A stretch of 64,000 nt of DNA, taken from a virus (lineage: Duplodnaviria; Caudoviricetes). Shown here piece by piece: positions 17,014-26,061 of the stretch. The DNA lies in IMG/VR virus record IMGVR_UViG_3300043775_000410, positions 9,161 to 73,160 of that record. One strand, 5' to 3'. Numbering within the stretch: the stretch's first letter is position 1; every line of letters starts with the position of its first letter. The notes beneath the pieces were generated by a model that ran no database searches, was not told the DNA's origin, and worked only from the letters and a program-made list of their open reading frames with translations. The position numbers and the translations under genes were made by a program.

Positions 17014-18111
17014 ATGGCGGCAATGACTGAAAATAGAACTGTTACAGCAACAGAAGCAAAGGCGGCAATTTTACGTTGCTTTACAAAACAACGCCCATTA
17101 TTTTTATGGGGTCCTCCAGGTATTGGTAAAAGTGAATTAGTAGAAGGTATTACTAAAGACATGGGCGGGTTGATGATTGACTTGCGCTTGGCACAGATGG
17201 ATCCGACAGACATACGTGGTATTCCTTACTTTAACAAAGACTTGGGCGTGATGGATTGGGCTCCGCCAATTGATTTGCCCACAGAAGAAATGGCTGCACA
17301 ATATCCGATTGTGGTGTTGTTTTTAGATGAGATGAACAGTGCAGCGCCAAGTGTGCAGGCAGTTGCTTATCAACTTGTATTGAACAGACGTGTGGGCAAG
17401 TATAAACTACCTGATAACGTTGTGTTGGTAGCGGCAGGTAACAGGGACGGTGACAAAGGTGTTAGCTACAGAATGCCAAGTCCACTTGCTAACAGGTTTG
17501 TGCATTTGGAAATGCGTGTAGACTTTGATAGCTGGTTACAATGGGCTACTGAAAATCGCATTAACAAAGACGTTATTGGTTACATTAGTTTTGCTAAACA
17601 AGATTTGTATGACTTTGATCCAAAAAGTTCAAGTCGTAGTTTTGCAACACCTCGTAGCTGGACGTTTGTTAGTGAGTTGTTAGACGACGGCATGGCAGAC
17701 GGCACTACTACAGATATTGTAGCAGGTACTATTGGTGAAGGTACTGCTGTTAAGTTTATGGCACATAGAAAAATTTCTGCTAAAATGCCTAACCCAACAG
17801 ACATTTTAAACGGTAAGGTTACAGAACTTGCTGTTAAAGAAATTAGTGCTATGTACAGTTTGACAATGAGTATGTGTTACGAATTGAAAGATGCGTACAC
17901 TAAGATTGGCAAGGAAGACAATGCTAAATGGCATACTATGGCAGATTACTTCTTTAAGTTTATGATGGAAAACTTTACAACAGAAGTTACTGTTATGGGC
18001 GCACGTGTAGCGTTAACAACTTTTAACTTGCCGTTTGTGCCTAACAAGTTGAAAAACTTTGATGAGTTCCACAAACGCTTTGGCAAGTACGTAGTAGCGG
18101 CAGTAGCATAA
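17014..18111 (+). CDS. MoxR/dynein-related AAA+ ATPase
   Basis: Walker A GPPGIGKS, Walker B LFLDE, AAGN, NRF, TPRSW. Confidence 0.9.
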   Translation: MAAMTENRTVTATEAKAAILRCFTKQRPLFLWGPPGIGKSELVEGITKDMGGLMIDLRLAQMDPTDIRGIPYFNKDLGVMDWAPPIDLPTEEMAAQYPIVVLFLDEMNSAAPSVQAVAYQLVLNRRVGKYKLPDNVVLVAAGNRDGDKGVSYRMPSPLANRFVHLEMRVDFDSWLQWATENRINKDVIGYISFAKQDLYDFDPKSSSRSFATPRSWTFVSELLDDGMADGTTTDIVAGTIGEGTAVKFMAHRKISAKMPNPTDILNGKVTELAVKEISAMYSLTMSMCYELKDAYTKIGKEDNAKWHTMADYFFKFMMENFTTEVTVMGARVALTTFNLPFVPNKLKNFDEFHKRFGKYVVAAVA

Positions 18112-18117
18112 TAGAGG

Positions 18118-18140
18118 AAAAGCCCCGCAAGGGGCTTTTT
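18118..18140 (+). terminator. Rho-independent terminator
   Basis: AAAAGCCCC-GCAA-GGGGCTTTTT hairpin with GNRA loop and U-tract. Confidence 0.9.
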
Positions 18141-18147
18141 ATATTCG

Positions 18148-18459
18148 ATGAGTGATTTCAAAATAACTAAGATGGATCGTAGACATACTGGTCACGAACT
18201 GTTTAATCATTATATAAATTATAATGTTTATGTTCGACGTGGGTTTAGTAATATATCATCCAACGAATTAAATTTTCTCAAACACCGTGTTTGGTTTTGG
18301 GAGAAGTTTGGTCCAAGTGCCGAACTTGGTAAGTGTCATCGAATAAACAGTCTTACCCACCAAACCCCAAAGTGGGCCTGGCAAACTGAACACAATCTAT
18401 TAAGAATCTATGTAACAGAAGAAGCATTGGCATTCTTTACCTTGGCACACAGCACTTGA
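18148..18459 (+). CDS. Hypothetical protein
   Basis: 103 aa ORF between the AAA and vWA genes. Confidence 0.65.
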   Translation: MSDFKITKMDRRHTGHELFNHYINYNVYVRRGFSNISSNELNFLKHRVWFWEKFGPSAELGKCHRINSLTHQTPKWAWQTEHNLLRIYVTEEALAFFTLAHST

Positions 18460-18484
18460 CAAACACTACATTTGAATGTATAAT
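18456..18484 (+). promoter_or_regulatory. sigma70 consensus promoter
   Basis: TTGACA-17nt-TATAAT. Confidence 0.85.
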
Positions 18485-18515
18485 AGCTGTTATAGTAAAC
18501 AATTAGGAGCAGATA

Positions 18516-19781
18516 ATGGCAACAGCAACAACTAGCGCAGAAAAGAAAAAAGTTGTAACAGTAACAGACGCACGTATTGATGCGGCTGTACGTGAAAAAC
18601 TTATTACGGCACGTATTGCGCTATTGCTTAAAGCGCCGTTTTTTGGTAACTTAGCAACACGCTTAAAATTAGTTAACGCTGATGAGTGGTGTAGTACTGC
18701 GGCTACAGACGGACGTAATTTTTACTATAACAGTGAATTTGTAAACAAACTGCCACAGAAACAAGTGGAGTTTTTAGTTGGGCATGAAGTGTTGCATGTA
18801 GTTTACGATCACATGGGACGTAGACAAGATAGAGATGCGCAATTGTATAACGTTGCGGCAGACTATTGTGTTAATGCTGATTTAATTAACAGCAAGATCG
18901 GTGAGAAAATTACAAGTGTGCCGATTTTGTATGATAAAAAATACGCAGGTTTGAGCTCGGAAGAAGTGTATGACTTACTGTATGAAAATGCTGAAAAAAT
19001 TAACGTTAATGATTTGCTTAAACAATTGTTAGACGAGCATTTAGATGACGGCGATGACGACAGCGAAGAAGGTGAAGGCGAGGGTGAAGGCGGACGTCCG
19101 GGTAAGATGACTGCTGAAGAAAAGAAAGCATTGCGTGACGAAATACGTGAAGCTGTACTACAAGCGGCAGAAGCTGCAGGTGCAGGTAATTTGCCAATGG
19201 GTGTTAAACGTTTGATTAACAAGCTAACAAACCCACAACTAAACTGGCGTGAACTAATTAGACAACAGGTACAGAGTTTAGTACGTGCTGACTTTACTTG
19301 GGCACGTATGAATAGAAAAGGACAACATTTAGATGCAATTTTGCCAGGTAGCAACTTTGCAGAAACAATTGACGTTAGTGTTAGTATTGATGCGTCGGGC
19401 AGTATGAGTGAAGGTATGTTGCGTGATATCTTAAGTGAAGTTAAAGGTATTATGGAGGCGTTTGACGACTTTAAACTTGATGTATGGTCATTTGATACAG
19501 ATGTTTATGGTTACGAAAAATTCACGCCAGACAACATTGACGACATTGACACTTACGAATTACAAGGTGGCGGCGGCACAGACTTTGAATGTAACTGGGA
19601 ATTTATGCGTGAAAATGAAATTGCGCCAAAATTGTTTATTATGTTTACAGATGGTTACCCAGGTGGTGGTTGGGGTGACGAGAGTTACGCAGACACATTA
19701 TTTGTAATACACGGTACTACTAGTATTGAAGCACCATTTGGTATTACAGCTTATTATGATTTATCAAAAGGATCCAATTAA
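18516..19781 (+). CDS. DUF2201-type metallopeptidase plus vWA domain protein
   Basis: TAATDG, HEVLH (HExxH), acidic linker, MIDAS DASGS...GGGT...FTDG. Confidence 0.88.
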   Translation: MATATTSAEKKKVVTVTDARIDAAVREKLITARIALLLKAPFFGNLATRLKLVNADEWCSTAATDGRNFYYNSEFVNKLPQKQVEFLVGHEVLHVVYDHMGRRQDRDAQLYNVAADYCVNADLINSKIGEKITSVPILYDKKYAGLSSEEVYDLLYENAEKINVNDLLKQLLDEHLDDGDDDSEEGEGEGEGGRPGKMTAEEKKALRDEIREAVLQAAEAAGAGNLPMGVKRLINKLTNPQLNWRELIRQQVQSLVRADFTWARMNRKGQHLDAILPGSNFAETIDVSVSIDASGSMSEGMLRDILSEVKGIMEAFDDFKLDVWSFDTDVYGYEKFTPDNIDDIDTYELQGGGGTDFECNWEFMRENEIAPKLFIMFTDGYPGGGWGDESYADTLFVIHGTTSIEAPFGITAYYDLSKGSN

Positions 19782-20116
19782 TGTCAGTATATCAAAGTTT
19801 TAGTTATAGTCCTACAGAGTTAGCAGAGCAAATGTCTAGTGCTACACACGACACACTTGCTTATCTATGGAAGTACAAATACATCACCACCGAACAGTAT
19901 AATGAATTGTCAGGTAAAATAATGGTTATGGCTGTGCCAAACCGTAAAGGGTTTGGTAAGAAATTGTTAGAATACTTCTTTGGTGATAATAAAGAAGAGA
20001 ATTCTTGGGTTTTTCCTATTGTGGAAGTAGCAACCCACTATAGACCTGCTACTCCAGAAAAGCCAAAGAATGTAACTCGACTTAAAACCAAACCTAAGTT
20101 AGAGGTGGTTGAGTAA
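19781..20116 (+). CDS. Hypothetical protein
   Basis: TAATG-coupled 111 aa ORF. Confidence 0.7.
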   Translation: MSVYQSFSYSPTELAEQMSSATHDTLAYLWKYKYITTEQYNELSGKIMVMAVPNRKGFGKKLLEYFFGDNKEENSWVFPIVEVATHYRPATPEKPKNVTRLKTKPKLEVVE

Positions 20117-20562
20117 TGGCCTTAGGTTGGGATGATGTACAGCGTATGAAACGTGTAGAAGCTCGAGCAGAAGAGCTTGGGTTTAAGTTTTCTTCTTCAG
20201 CTAATTATAACTATGGTGCTAACAACATTATAAGTTATATCTGTTTAAAACCTAAGGAAGATTGTTTACCACACTACAGTCGTGATGCCGATATCTTTAT
20301 AGGTACACTTGAGGAGATCAATACCTGGTTAACTGGCGTTGAATGGGCTCGCGGCTACGAAGAGATGCTTAAACTTGGCAATGATAAGAAACGTAAGGAA
20401 AAAGAACAAGTCGAACGTAATCGGCAATTACTACGCACCATTAAAACTGGTCGTGAAGTTAAAGGCACTGTCGGATGTACCAGTGTTGACGAATGGCGCT
20501 TGCATCTTGAAGAAGAGTACGATATTGACGACGAAGTTGATTACAGTGCAATACCATTTTAG
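20116..20562 (+). CDS. Hypothetical protein
   Basis: GAGGT RBS, TAATG-coupled 148 aa ORF. Confidence 0.7.
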   Translation: MALGWDDVQRMKRVEARAEELGFKFSSSANYNYGANNIISYICLKPKEDCLPHYSRDADIFIGTLEEINTWLTGVEWARGYEEMLKLGNDKKRKEKEQVERNRQLLRTIKTGREVKGTVGCTSVDEWRLHLEEEYDIDDEVDYSAIPF

Positions 20563-20572
20563 GAAAAATACA

Positions 20573-21046
20573 ATGACAAAAGTAATGACTATGACAAAAA
20601 TAATTGAATCATTGCCCTATGAATTAAGCGAATGTACACCCGAACAAGCACCGTGGACTACATTAGTAGAAGAAGACTTTCACATTGCTATTTTTAAAGA
20701 TGGCTTTCCTGTCAGCTACGGGCACCTGCTGTTTGTGCCTAAGTATAATACCGTAGATGTGTTAGCCGACGCAGTAGCTGATGCCATTGCGCAAGGACAA
20801 CGTATGGTTGCCGAAGGTAACTGTGATGGATATAACATTGGCATTAATGTTGGTGAAGCGGCCGGACAAACAGTTGCTTGGCCACATGTACATATGATTC
20901 CTCGACGCACAGGCGATGTCACTGATCCGCGCGGCGGTGTGCGTAATGTTATTCCTCATTTGGGTAATTACAAGAGTAAAGGATACGGTGATGCCTACGA
21001 CGAAGTAAATAAATGGTATGGTGGGTTTGATGATGCTAGAGACTAG
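20573..21046 (+). CDS. HIT-family nucleotide hydrolase
   Basis: DGFPVSYGHLLFVPK, GYNIGINVGEAAGQTV..PHVHMIPR. Confidence 0.88.
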   Translation: MTKVMTMTKIIESLPYELSECTPEQAPWTTLVEEDFHIAIFKDGFPVSYGHLLFVPKYNTVDVLADAVADAIAQGQRMVAEGNCDGYNIGINVGEAAGQTVAWPHVHMIPRRTGDVTDPRGGVRNVIPHLGNYKSKGYGDAYDEVNKWYGGFDDARD

Positions 21047-21050
21047 ATAA

Positions 21051-21341
21051 ATGCTCAAACATAATGAACCCAATCCCTTAAACGTACACGGGCTAAGACA
21101 GCTTAGTCATTGCCCGCCTCACTTTACTCCTGTGATATTCGATCTTGCTGTACAAGATAAAGACCTAGTTGATTGGCTGTATGAAAACTTAGAAGGACGT
21201 TTTTATTCTGGACAAATTGACGTTAGACAAGAGTCTGGTGTTATCGCACGTCAGCAATGTATTGCATTTGAACAATCCTCTGAAGCGAGCTATTTCGCAA
21301 TTATGCTACCCACAATTAATGAATCAACTATTATGTGGTAA
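21051..21341 (+). CDS. Hypothetical phage protein
   Basis: 96 aa ORF. Confidence 0.7.
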   Translation: MLKHNEPNPLNVHGLRQLSHCPPHFTPVIFDLAVQDKDLVDWLYENLEGRFYSGQIDVRQESGVIARQQCIAFEQSSEASYFAIMLPTINESTIMW

Positions 21342-21370
21342 TAAAATATTTCCACCTGTTTAGACCATGG

Positions 21371-21376
21371 TAAATA
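21371..21376 (+). promoter_or_regulatory. Putative late promoter TAAATA
   Basis: Intergenic, upstream of the AAGGAG RBS. Confidence 0.5.
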
Positions 21377-21402
21377 AAGTTATCCCAAGGAGAACTTTTT
21401 TA

Positions 21403-21654
21403 ATGGCCAAAGCAGAAACAACCGCAACAGAAAATTCAACGCCTGTTGAATCTAACGAAACACAACAACCACAAGCCCCAAATTTAACACTACAAGACTT
21501 AGTTCTTGTGGCACAAATCATCCAACTTACCTCACAACGCGGCGCATACAAAGCCGAAGAGTTAGCCAACGTTGGTACGTTATACAATAAATTAATTGCA
21601 TTTTTAGACAGCGTTGGTGCAATTTCTAAATCAGAAACTGCTGCACAGGAGTAA
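21403..21654 (+). CDS. Hypothetical phage protein
   Basis: AAGGAG RBS; ATG 21403. Confidence 0.75.
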   Translation: MAKAETTATENSTPVESNETQQPQAPNLTLQDLVLVAQIIQLTSQRGAYKAEELANVGTLYNKLIAFLDSVGAISKSETAAQE

Positions 21655-21658
21655 TACT

Positions 21659-22333
21659 ATGATTAAGCACGTAGGCAGACATAATAACAAGCGAGTTGTT
21701 ATTGCATATAGACAAGTACCAGATGAAGATCACATGTGTTTAGTGATCTACAGTGAAACATTACCCATGCGTATACATGATGAAGTAATGAAAGTATTAG
21801 AAAGCGACATCGGTCAGCAAGCAAACGATTTTGCTGATGCACTATTCCGTCATACTATGGCAGATGGTGTTAATTGCTTAAACGCAATTCACCGTGGCGG
21901 ACTATTATCCAAAGTACCAACTAACCAAGTTATTGTAACTCCAACTTCAGCTAGTTCAGTACGCTTAGATGAATTAAACACACTATTAAATGAAATTGCC
22001 AAAGGCGCAGAAGCTACTGAAAAACTAGCTAAAACAGACGCAGGACAAAGATGGGAAGGTAGAGATCTAGGCGAACCTGCTAAAACTACAGCGGCAAGTG
22101 TTAATACGGATGGCGTGTTGTCTGATGCTGATATTGCAAATCAACGTTTAGCACAGGCTACTAAAATGGAAGCAGAAGCTAAGAGTTTGTTAGCAGAAGC
22201 AAAACGTTTAAAAGAAGAAGCAAACGCACTAGCACCTAAGGTAACTAAGGCAAAAGCAACTACAAGTACAACAACTCCTACGAAGAAAACAAATGCCAGA
22301 AAACCTACCACAACCAAAAAAGCCGCGGCGTAA
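21659..22333 (+). CDS. Hypothetical phage protein with coiled-coil and basic tail
   Basis: AGGAG RBS; ATG 21659; K/T/A-rich C-terminus. Confidence 0.75.
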   Translation: MIKHVGRHNNKRVVIAYRQVPDEDHMCLVIYSETLPMRIHDEVMKVLESDIGQQANDFADALFRHTMADGVNCLNAIHRGGLLSKVPTNQVIVTPTSASSVRLDELNTLLNEIAKGAEATEKLAKTDAGQRWEGRDLGEPAKTTAASVNTDGVLSDADIANQRLAQATKMEAEAKSLLAEAKRLKEEANALAPKVTKAKATTSTTTPTKKTNARKPTTTKKAAA

Positions 22334-22649
22334 ATCAACCCCTGGCAAGAAAGTCAACATGAATGTTAAGAAACGTTGGCAAGATATTGTCAGAGACGTT
22401 GATAAAAAGGAAGTGCCAGTTACCGTGCTACAGCGTATTATTGTTAAGCTCGTTGACGGCACTGACCTTAGTATCGATGTTAAACAATTACTTGAAGACG
22501 GGCAAGATCCTGACGACATTGAAGATTTGCTTAATGCTAAATTTCACGACCTTGACGAATATATAGAAACTGTTGACTTCTTTATCGACCTCGATAAAGT
22601 AGTTGGCGCTGTTCAACCTGAGACCGACAAGGTACTAAAGAATCTATGA
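22293..22649 (+). CDS. Hypothetical phage protein
   Basis: 118 aa ORF; ATGA overlap with the DHFR gene. Confidence 0.7.
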   Translation: MPENLPQPKKPRRKSTPGKKVNMNVKKRWQDIVRDVDKKEVPVTVLQRIIVKLVDGTDLSIDVKQLLEDGQDPDDIEDLLNAKFHDLDEYIETVDFFIDLDKVVGAVQPETDKVLKNL

Positions 22650-23149
22650 TTATATCAATTTTAGCTTCGACTAATACCGGTGGTATTGGTAATCGTGGTA
22701 CCTTGCCTTGGCCATACAACAAGGAAGATATGAGTTGGTTTGTTCGACATACTACAGGCAACATTGTAGTCATGGGTCGTAATACCTGGGATGATCCTAA
22801 GATGCCCAAACCATTGCCCAATCGTGAAAACTATGTAGTCAGTAGTCGACACGTAGCACAACAATATCAACACTTGGTTAAATGGATTCCTAGTAACCCT
22901 GTAGATAATATCTTACAGATACAGCAGGATAATCCATCCAAAGATGTGTATGTTATTGGTGGTCAAAAATTATACGAAGCAACAGAAAGTATAGTCGATA
23001 GAGTATTGCTTACACGTGTCAAAGGTGCATGGTTCACTGACACTCGTGTTCAGTTAGACAGCATGCTGGCTTGTTTTCAAATCAAATCAGTAACACCCGG
23101 TAATAATTGCACCTACGAAACGTGGGATCGTGTAATGTTTTTTAAATAA
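22646..23149 (+). CDS. frd: Dihydrofolate reductase
   Basis: GIG.RGTLPW, VVMGRNTW, PLPNREN.V.S, VIGG. Confidence 0.93.
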   Translation: MIISILASTNTGGIGNRGTLPWPYNKEDMSWFVRHTTGNIVVMGRNTWDDPKMPKPLPNRENYVVSSRHVAQQYQHLVKWIPSNPVDNILQIQQDNPSKDVYVIGGQKLYEATESIVDRVLLTRVKGAWFTDTRVQLDSMLACFQIKSVTPGNNCTYETWDRVMFFK

Positions 23150-23844
23150 TGAAAATATTAATTGCAGGTGATAGTTGGGGCTGCGGTGAATGGGGTTGGG
23201 ATTCCAACAAACGTAAATGGAAAGACGGTGATAAACATGATGAGTCGTACATTATCACCCATCGTGGACTAGAGTATTATCTAATAGAAATAGGCCACGA
23301 TGTTACTAATATTTCTTGTGGGGGTGCATCTAATAAAGAAATATTAGTAAAACTGCACCGACTAGAGTTACAATGCTACGATCATATTATATGGTTCCAA
23401 ACTGATCCTATCCGTGATCTTCGCCCGTATAGCGATAAATTAGTTGATACGTTTGACAATTTACTTACTAAACAGAATAGTCTAATAGAGAGTACCTACC
23501 AAACATTAAATTCGTTTGATAAAAAAATTATATGCTTGGGCGGATGTAGCAAATTAAATTTAAACTTAATTAAACAATATACAAATTTATCGCCTGTTAT
23601 TCCTAGCATACCCGAATTGTTAATGCCTACTTTTATTCATCCTAAAATTTGGTTTTCGGACTGGATTGATCAATCTTGGCGGCATTTTGATGTTGACAGT
23701 TTAGATAATCTAGTATATAATAAAACATTACAAGATTCAATTTTTGACAATGAAGAATTATTTTGGCCCGACGGAAGACATCCAAATCGTCATGCCCACC
23801 GAAAACTTTTTGAATATTTAATTACACATGAAAATCTATCTTAA
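23149..23844 (+). CDS. SGNH/GDSL-like protein
   Basis: AGDSW, GGASN, DGRHPN..AH. Confidence 0.7.
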   Translation: MKILIAGDSWGCGEWGWDSNKRKWKDGDKHDESYIITHRGLEYYLIEIGHDVTNISCGGASNKEILVKLHRLELQCYDHIIWFQTDPIRDLRPYSDKLVDTFDNLLTKQNSLIESTYQTLNSFDKKIICLGGCSKLNLNLIKQYTNLSPVIPSIPELLMPTFIHPKIWFSDWIDQSWRHFDVDSLDNLVYNKTLQDSIFDNEELFWPDGRHPNRHAHRKLFEYLITHENLS

Positions 23845-24661
23845 CGCATTAAAATTTGTTTTAGAAAACGGCACAATAAGACCAGATCGTACATCAACTG
23901 GCACAATTGGCATATTTGGTATGCAACAACGCTATGACTTGAGCAAGGGCTTTCCGGCCGTGACTACCAAAAAACTAGCGTTCAAAGCCTGTCTCAGTGA
24001 GTTGTTGTGGTTTATTGAAGGTTCAGGTGATGAAAATCGCCTACGAGAGTTATTACATGGTAGTAGGGACTCTGAAAAGAGTACCATCTGGACTGCCAAT
24101 GCTACAGCAACTTACTGGACACCCAAAGCTAAATTTGCCGGAGACCTAGGTCGTGTCTATGGTGTACAGTGGCGCGACTTTGGGGGAGTAGACCAACTAC
24201 TGCAATTAGTAGAAGGCATTAAGCAAGATCCATACGGTCGTAGACATATCCTGACAGCATGGAATCCAGGCGAGTTAGATCAAATGGCCTTACCTCCATG
24301 TCATTGTTTTGCACAGTTTTACGTCAGTGCAGATAATAAGTTGTCGTGTCAAATGTATCAGCGATCATGCGATATGTTCTTAGGAGTTCCTTTTAACATA
24401 GCGTCCTACAGCCTGCTAACGCATATGGTAGCCCAAGTGTGCGGACTTGGAGTAGGCGAATTCGTTCACGTTCTTGGTGATGCCCACATATATTTGAATC
24501 ATGTAGATCAGGTAAACGAACAACTGCAACGTGAACCATTACCTGCACCACAACTTTGGATTAATCCAGACGTTACTGACATAAATCACTTTACTATGAA
24601 GGACTTTGCACTCAATGGCTATGAATCACTCGCAAGCATTAAAGCACCAATGGCAGTCTAA
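23828..24661 (+). CDS. thyA: Thymidylate synthase
   Basis: DRT.TG, GFPAVTTKK, ELLWF, VYG.QWR, MALPPCH, YQRSCDMFLGVPFN, DAHIY. Confidence 0.97.
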   Translation: MKIYLNALKFVLENGTIRPDRTSTGTIGIFGMQQRYDLSKGFPAVTTKKLAFKACLSELLWFIEGSGDENRLRELLHGSRDSEKSTIWTANATATYWTPKAKFAGDLGRVYGVQWRDFGGVDQLLQLVEGIKQDPYGRRHILTAWNPGELDQMALPPCHCFAQFYVSADNKLSCQMYQRSCDMFLGVPFNIASYSLLTHMVAQVCGLGVGEFVHVLGDAHIYLNHVDQVNEQLQREPLPAPQLWINPDVTDINHFTMKDFALNGYESLASIKAPMAV

Positions 24662-24941
24662 AAAGCCCGATACTCATCGTGTCCGCTTGTATAAAGATGA
24701 AATACATTTAAATGAAGTAACTACCATGCATCCAAATCAAATATTTTGGCAAGTGGCTAACAAGTTTAAAGAAACTCCACTGGCTAAATGGGTAGATGAA
24801 AACGATATAGAAATTAAATGGGCAGAAGATGATCATTATCTGTCATGGCACAAGGTTATGATGATCTATGCTGATTTAACAGAACGACAATACGTAGATT
24901 ATAGTCTACGATTTTTTGTACATCAAGCGGAGTGGAAATAA
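24606..24941 (+). CDS. Hypothetical protein (start uncertain)
   Basis: ORF fills the gap after thyA. Confidence 0.55.
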   Translation: MHSMAMNHSQALKHQWQSKKPDTHRVRLYKDEIHLNEVTTMHPNQIFWQVANKFKETPLAKWVDENDIEIKWAEDDHYLSWHKVMMIYADLTERQYVDYSLRFFVHQAEWK

Positions 24942-25102
24942 TGGCATCACTTAAAGATTTAGTTAAAGCTGCATTAGAAAAGAAACAAGCAGAACAAAAC
25001 ATTACTCATACCGACTTAACTGTTGATACTGGCAAGGGCGCACCCAAGGGTAAAGTTACTAGTAACAAGCCTACTAAAAAATCAGCGGGCCGCGGTAGAT
25101 GA
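24941..25102 (+). CDS. 53-aa basic protein (not in ORF track)
   Basis: MASLKDLVKAALEKKQ...KKSAGRGR; TAATG and ATGA overlaps on either side. Confidence 0.65.
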   Translation: MASLKDLVKAALEKKQAEQNITHTDLTVDTGKGAPKGKVTSNKPTKKSAGRGR

Positions 25103-26061
25103 AATATCTTATCACAGGTGGTGCTGGCTTTATTGGGCACAATGTTACACGTTTCTTAGAAGCACTAGGTCATGAATGTGTTGTAGTAGACACATTTACT
25201 AACTACGGTTTTATCCCTACTGCAGAGATTATATACTTGGCTGCGCACAGACGCACTCGCTACACCAGCGAAACGTATAAAATTGATATACGTGACCAAA
25301 CACGATTAAACAGCTTGTTTGCTACTGAACAGCCAGATGTGATTATTCATATGGCCAGTTTCCCTAGACAAAAAGTAGTAGAACAAGATCCTGCACTAGC
25401 CAGTGAAGTTATGACTACTGGCTTGATCAACCTACTAGAATTAAGCAAAGAACATAATATTAAAAAGTTTGTCTACATAAGTTCTAGTATGGTATATGGT
25501 GACTTTACCTCAGATGTTACAGAATCGGCTCAATGTACTCCGCAGGGCCAATACGGTATAATGAAATACATGGGCGAGAAACTTGTAGAAGATTACAGTC
25601 GACGTGGATGCTTTGAGCATGTGATTATTCGTCCTAGTGCTGTATATGGTGAGTGGGATGTCGAAGACCGTGTGGTCAGTAAGTTTATGTTAGCGGCTAT
25701 GCGAGGCCAAACCCTTAAGGTGCATGGTCCGGATGAGGTCTTAGACTTTACCTATGTAGAGGATACTGCTCAAGGTATTGTATTAGCCGCAACACTTGAT
25801 AAGGCCAACGGTAACATCTATAATATAACACGTAGTGAGCAACGTCAATGGACACTCAAGGATGCTGCTGAACTTGCTATTAAAATTGCCGGACAAGGTC
25901 AATTAATAGTTGGGCCAAGAGATTTGAGTTTTCCTAAACGCGGTCAATTAGATATTAGCCGTGCTCAACAAGATTTGGGCTACACGCCCACAGTAGATGT
26001 AGAACAAGGGTTTTACAAATATTATAACTGGTTTATTAATTCTGAGTATTATAAAATATGA
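25099..26061 (+). CDS. NAD-dependent NDP-sugar epimerase/dehydratase
   Basis: TGGAGFIG, SSSMVYG, YGIMK (YxxxK), DFTYVED. Confidence 0.92.
   Translation: MKYLITGGAGFIGHNVTRFLEALGHECVVVDTFTNYGFIPTAEIIYLAAHRRTRYTSETYKIDIRDQTRLNSLFATEQPDVIIHMASFPRQKVVEQDPALASEVMTTGLINLLELSKEHNIKKFVYISSSMVYGDFTSDVTESAQCTPQGQYGIMKYMGEKLVEDYSRRGCFEHVIIRPSAVYGEWDVEDRVVSKFMLAAMRGQTLKVHGPDEVLDFTYVEDTAQGIVLAATLDKANGNIYNITRSEQRQWTLKDAAELAIKIAGQGQLIVGPRDLSFPKRGQLDISRAQQDLGYTPTVDVEQGFYKYYNWFINSEYYKI

Noticed and set aside
17014-19781. TC/CC depletion explained as ordinary high-expression codon bias or restriction-site avoidance
   Set aside because: High-expression bias usually favours TTC/ATC, which are depleted here while AAC/GAC/TAC/GGC are kept; the bias spans codon junctions and is single-stranded, unlike restriction-site avoidance
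23828-24661. ThyA as a pyrimidine hydroxymethylase for modified C/U
   Set aside because: Canonical ThyA motifs including PFN (dUMP-specifying Asn), with DHFR nearby
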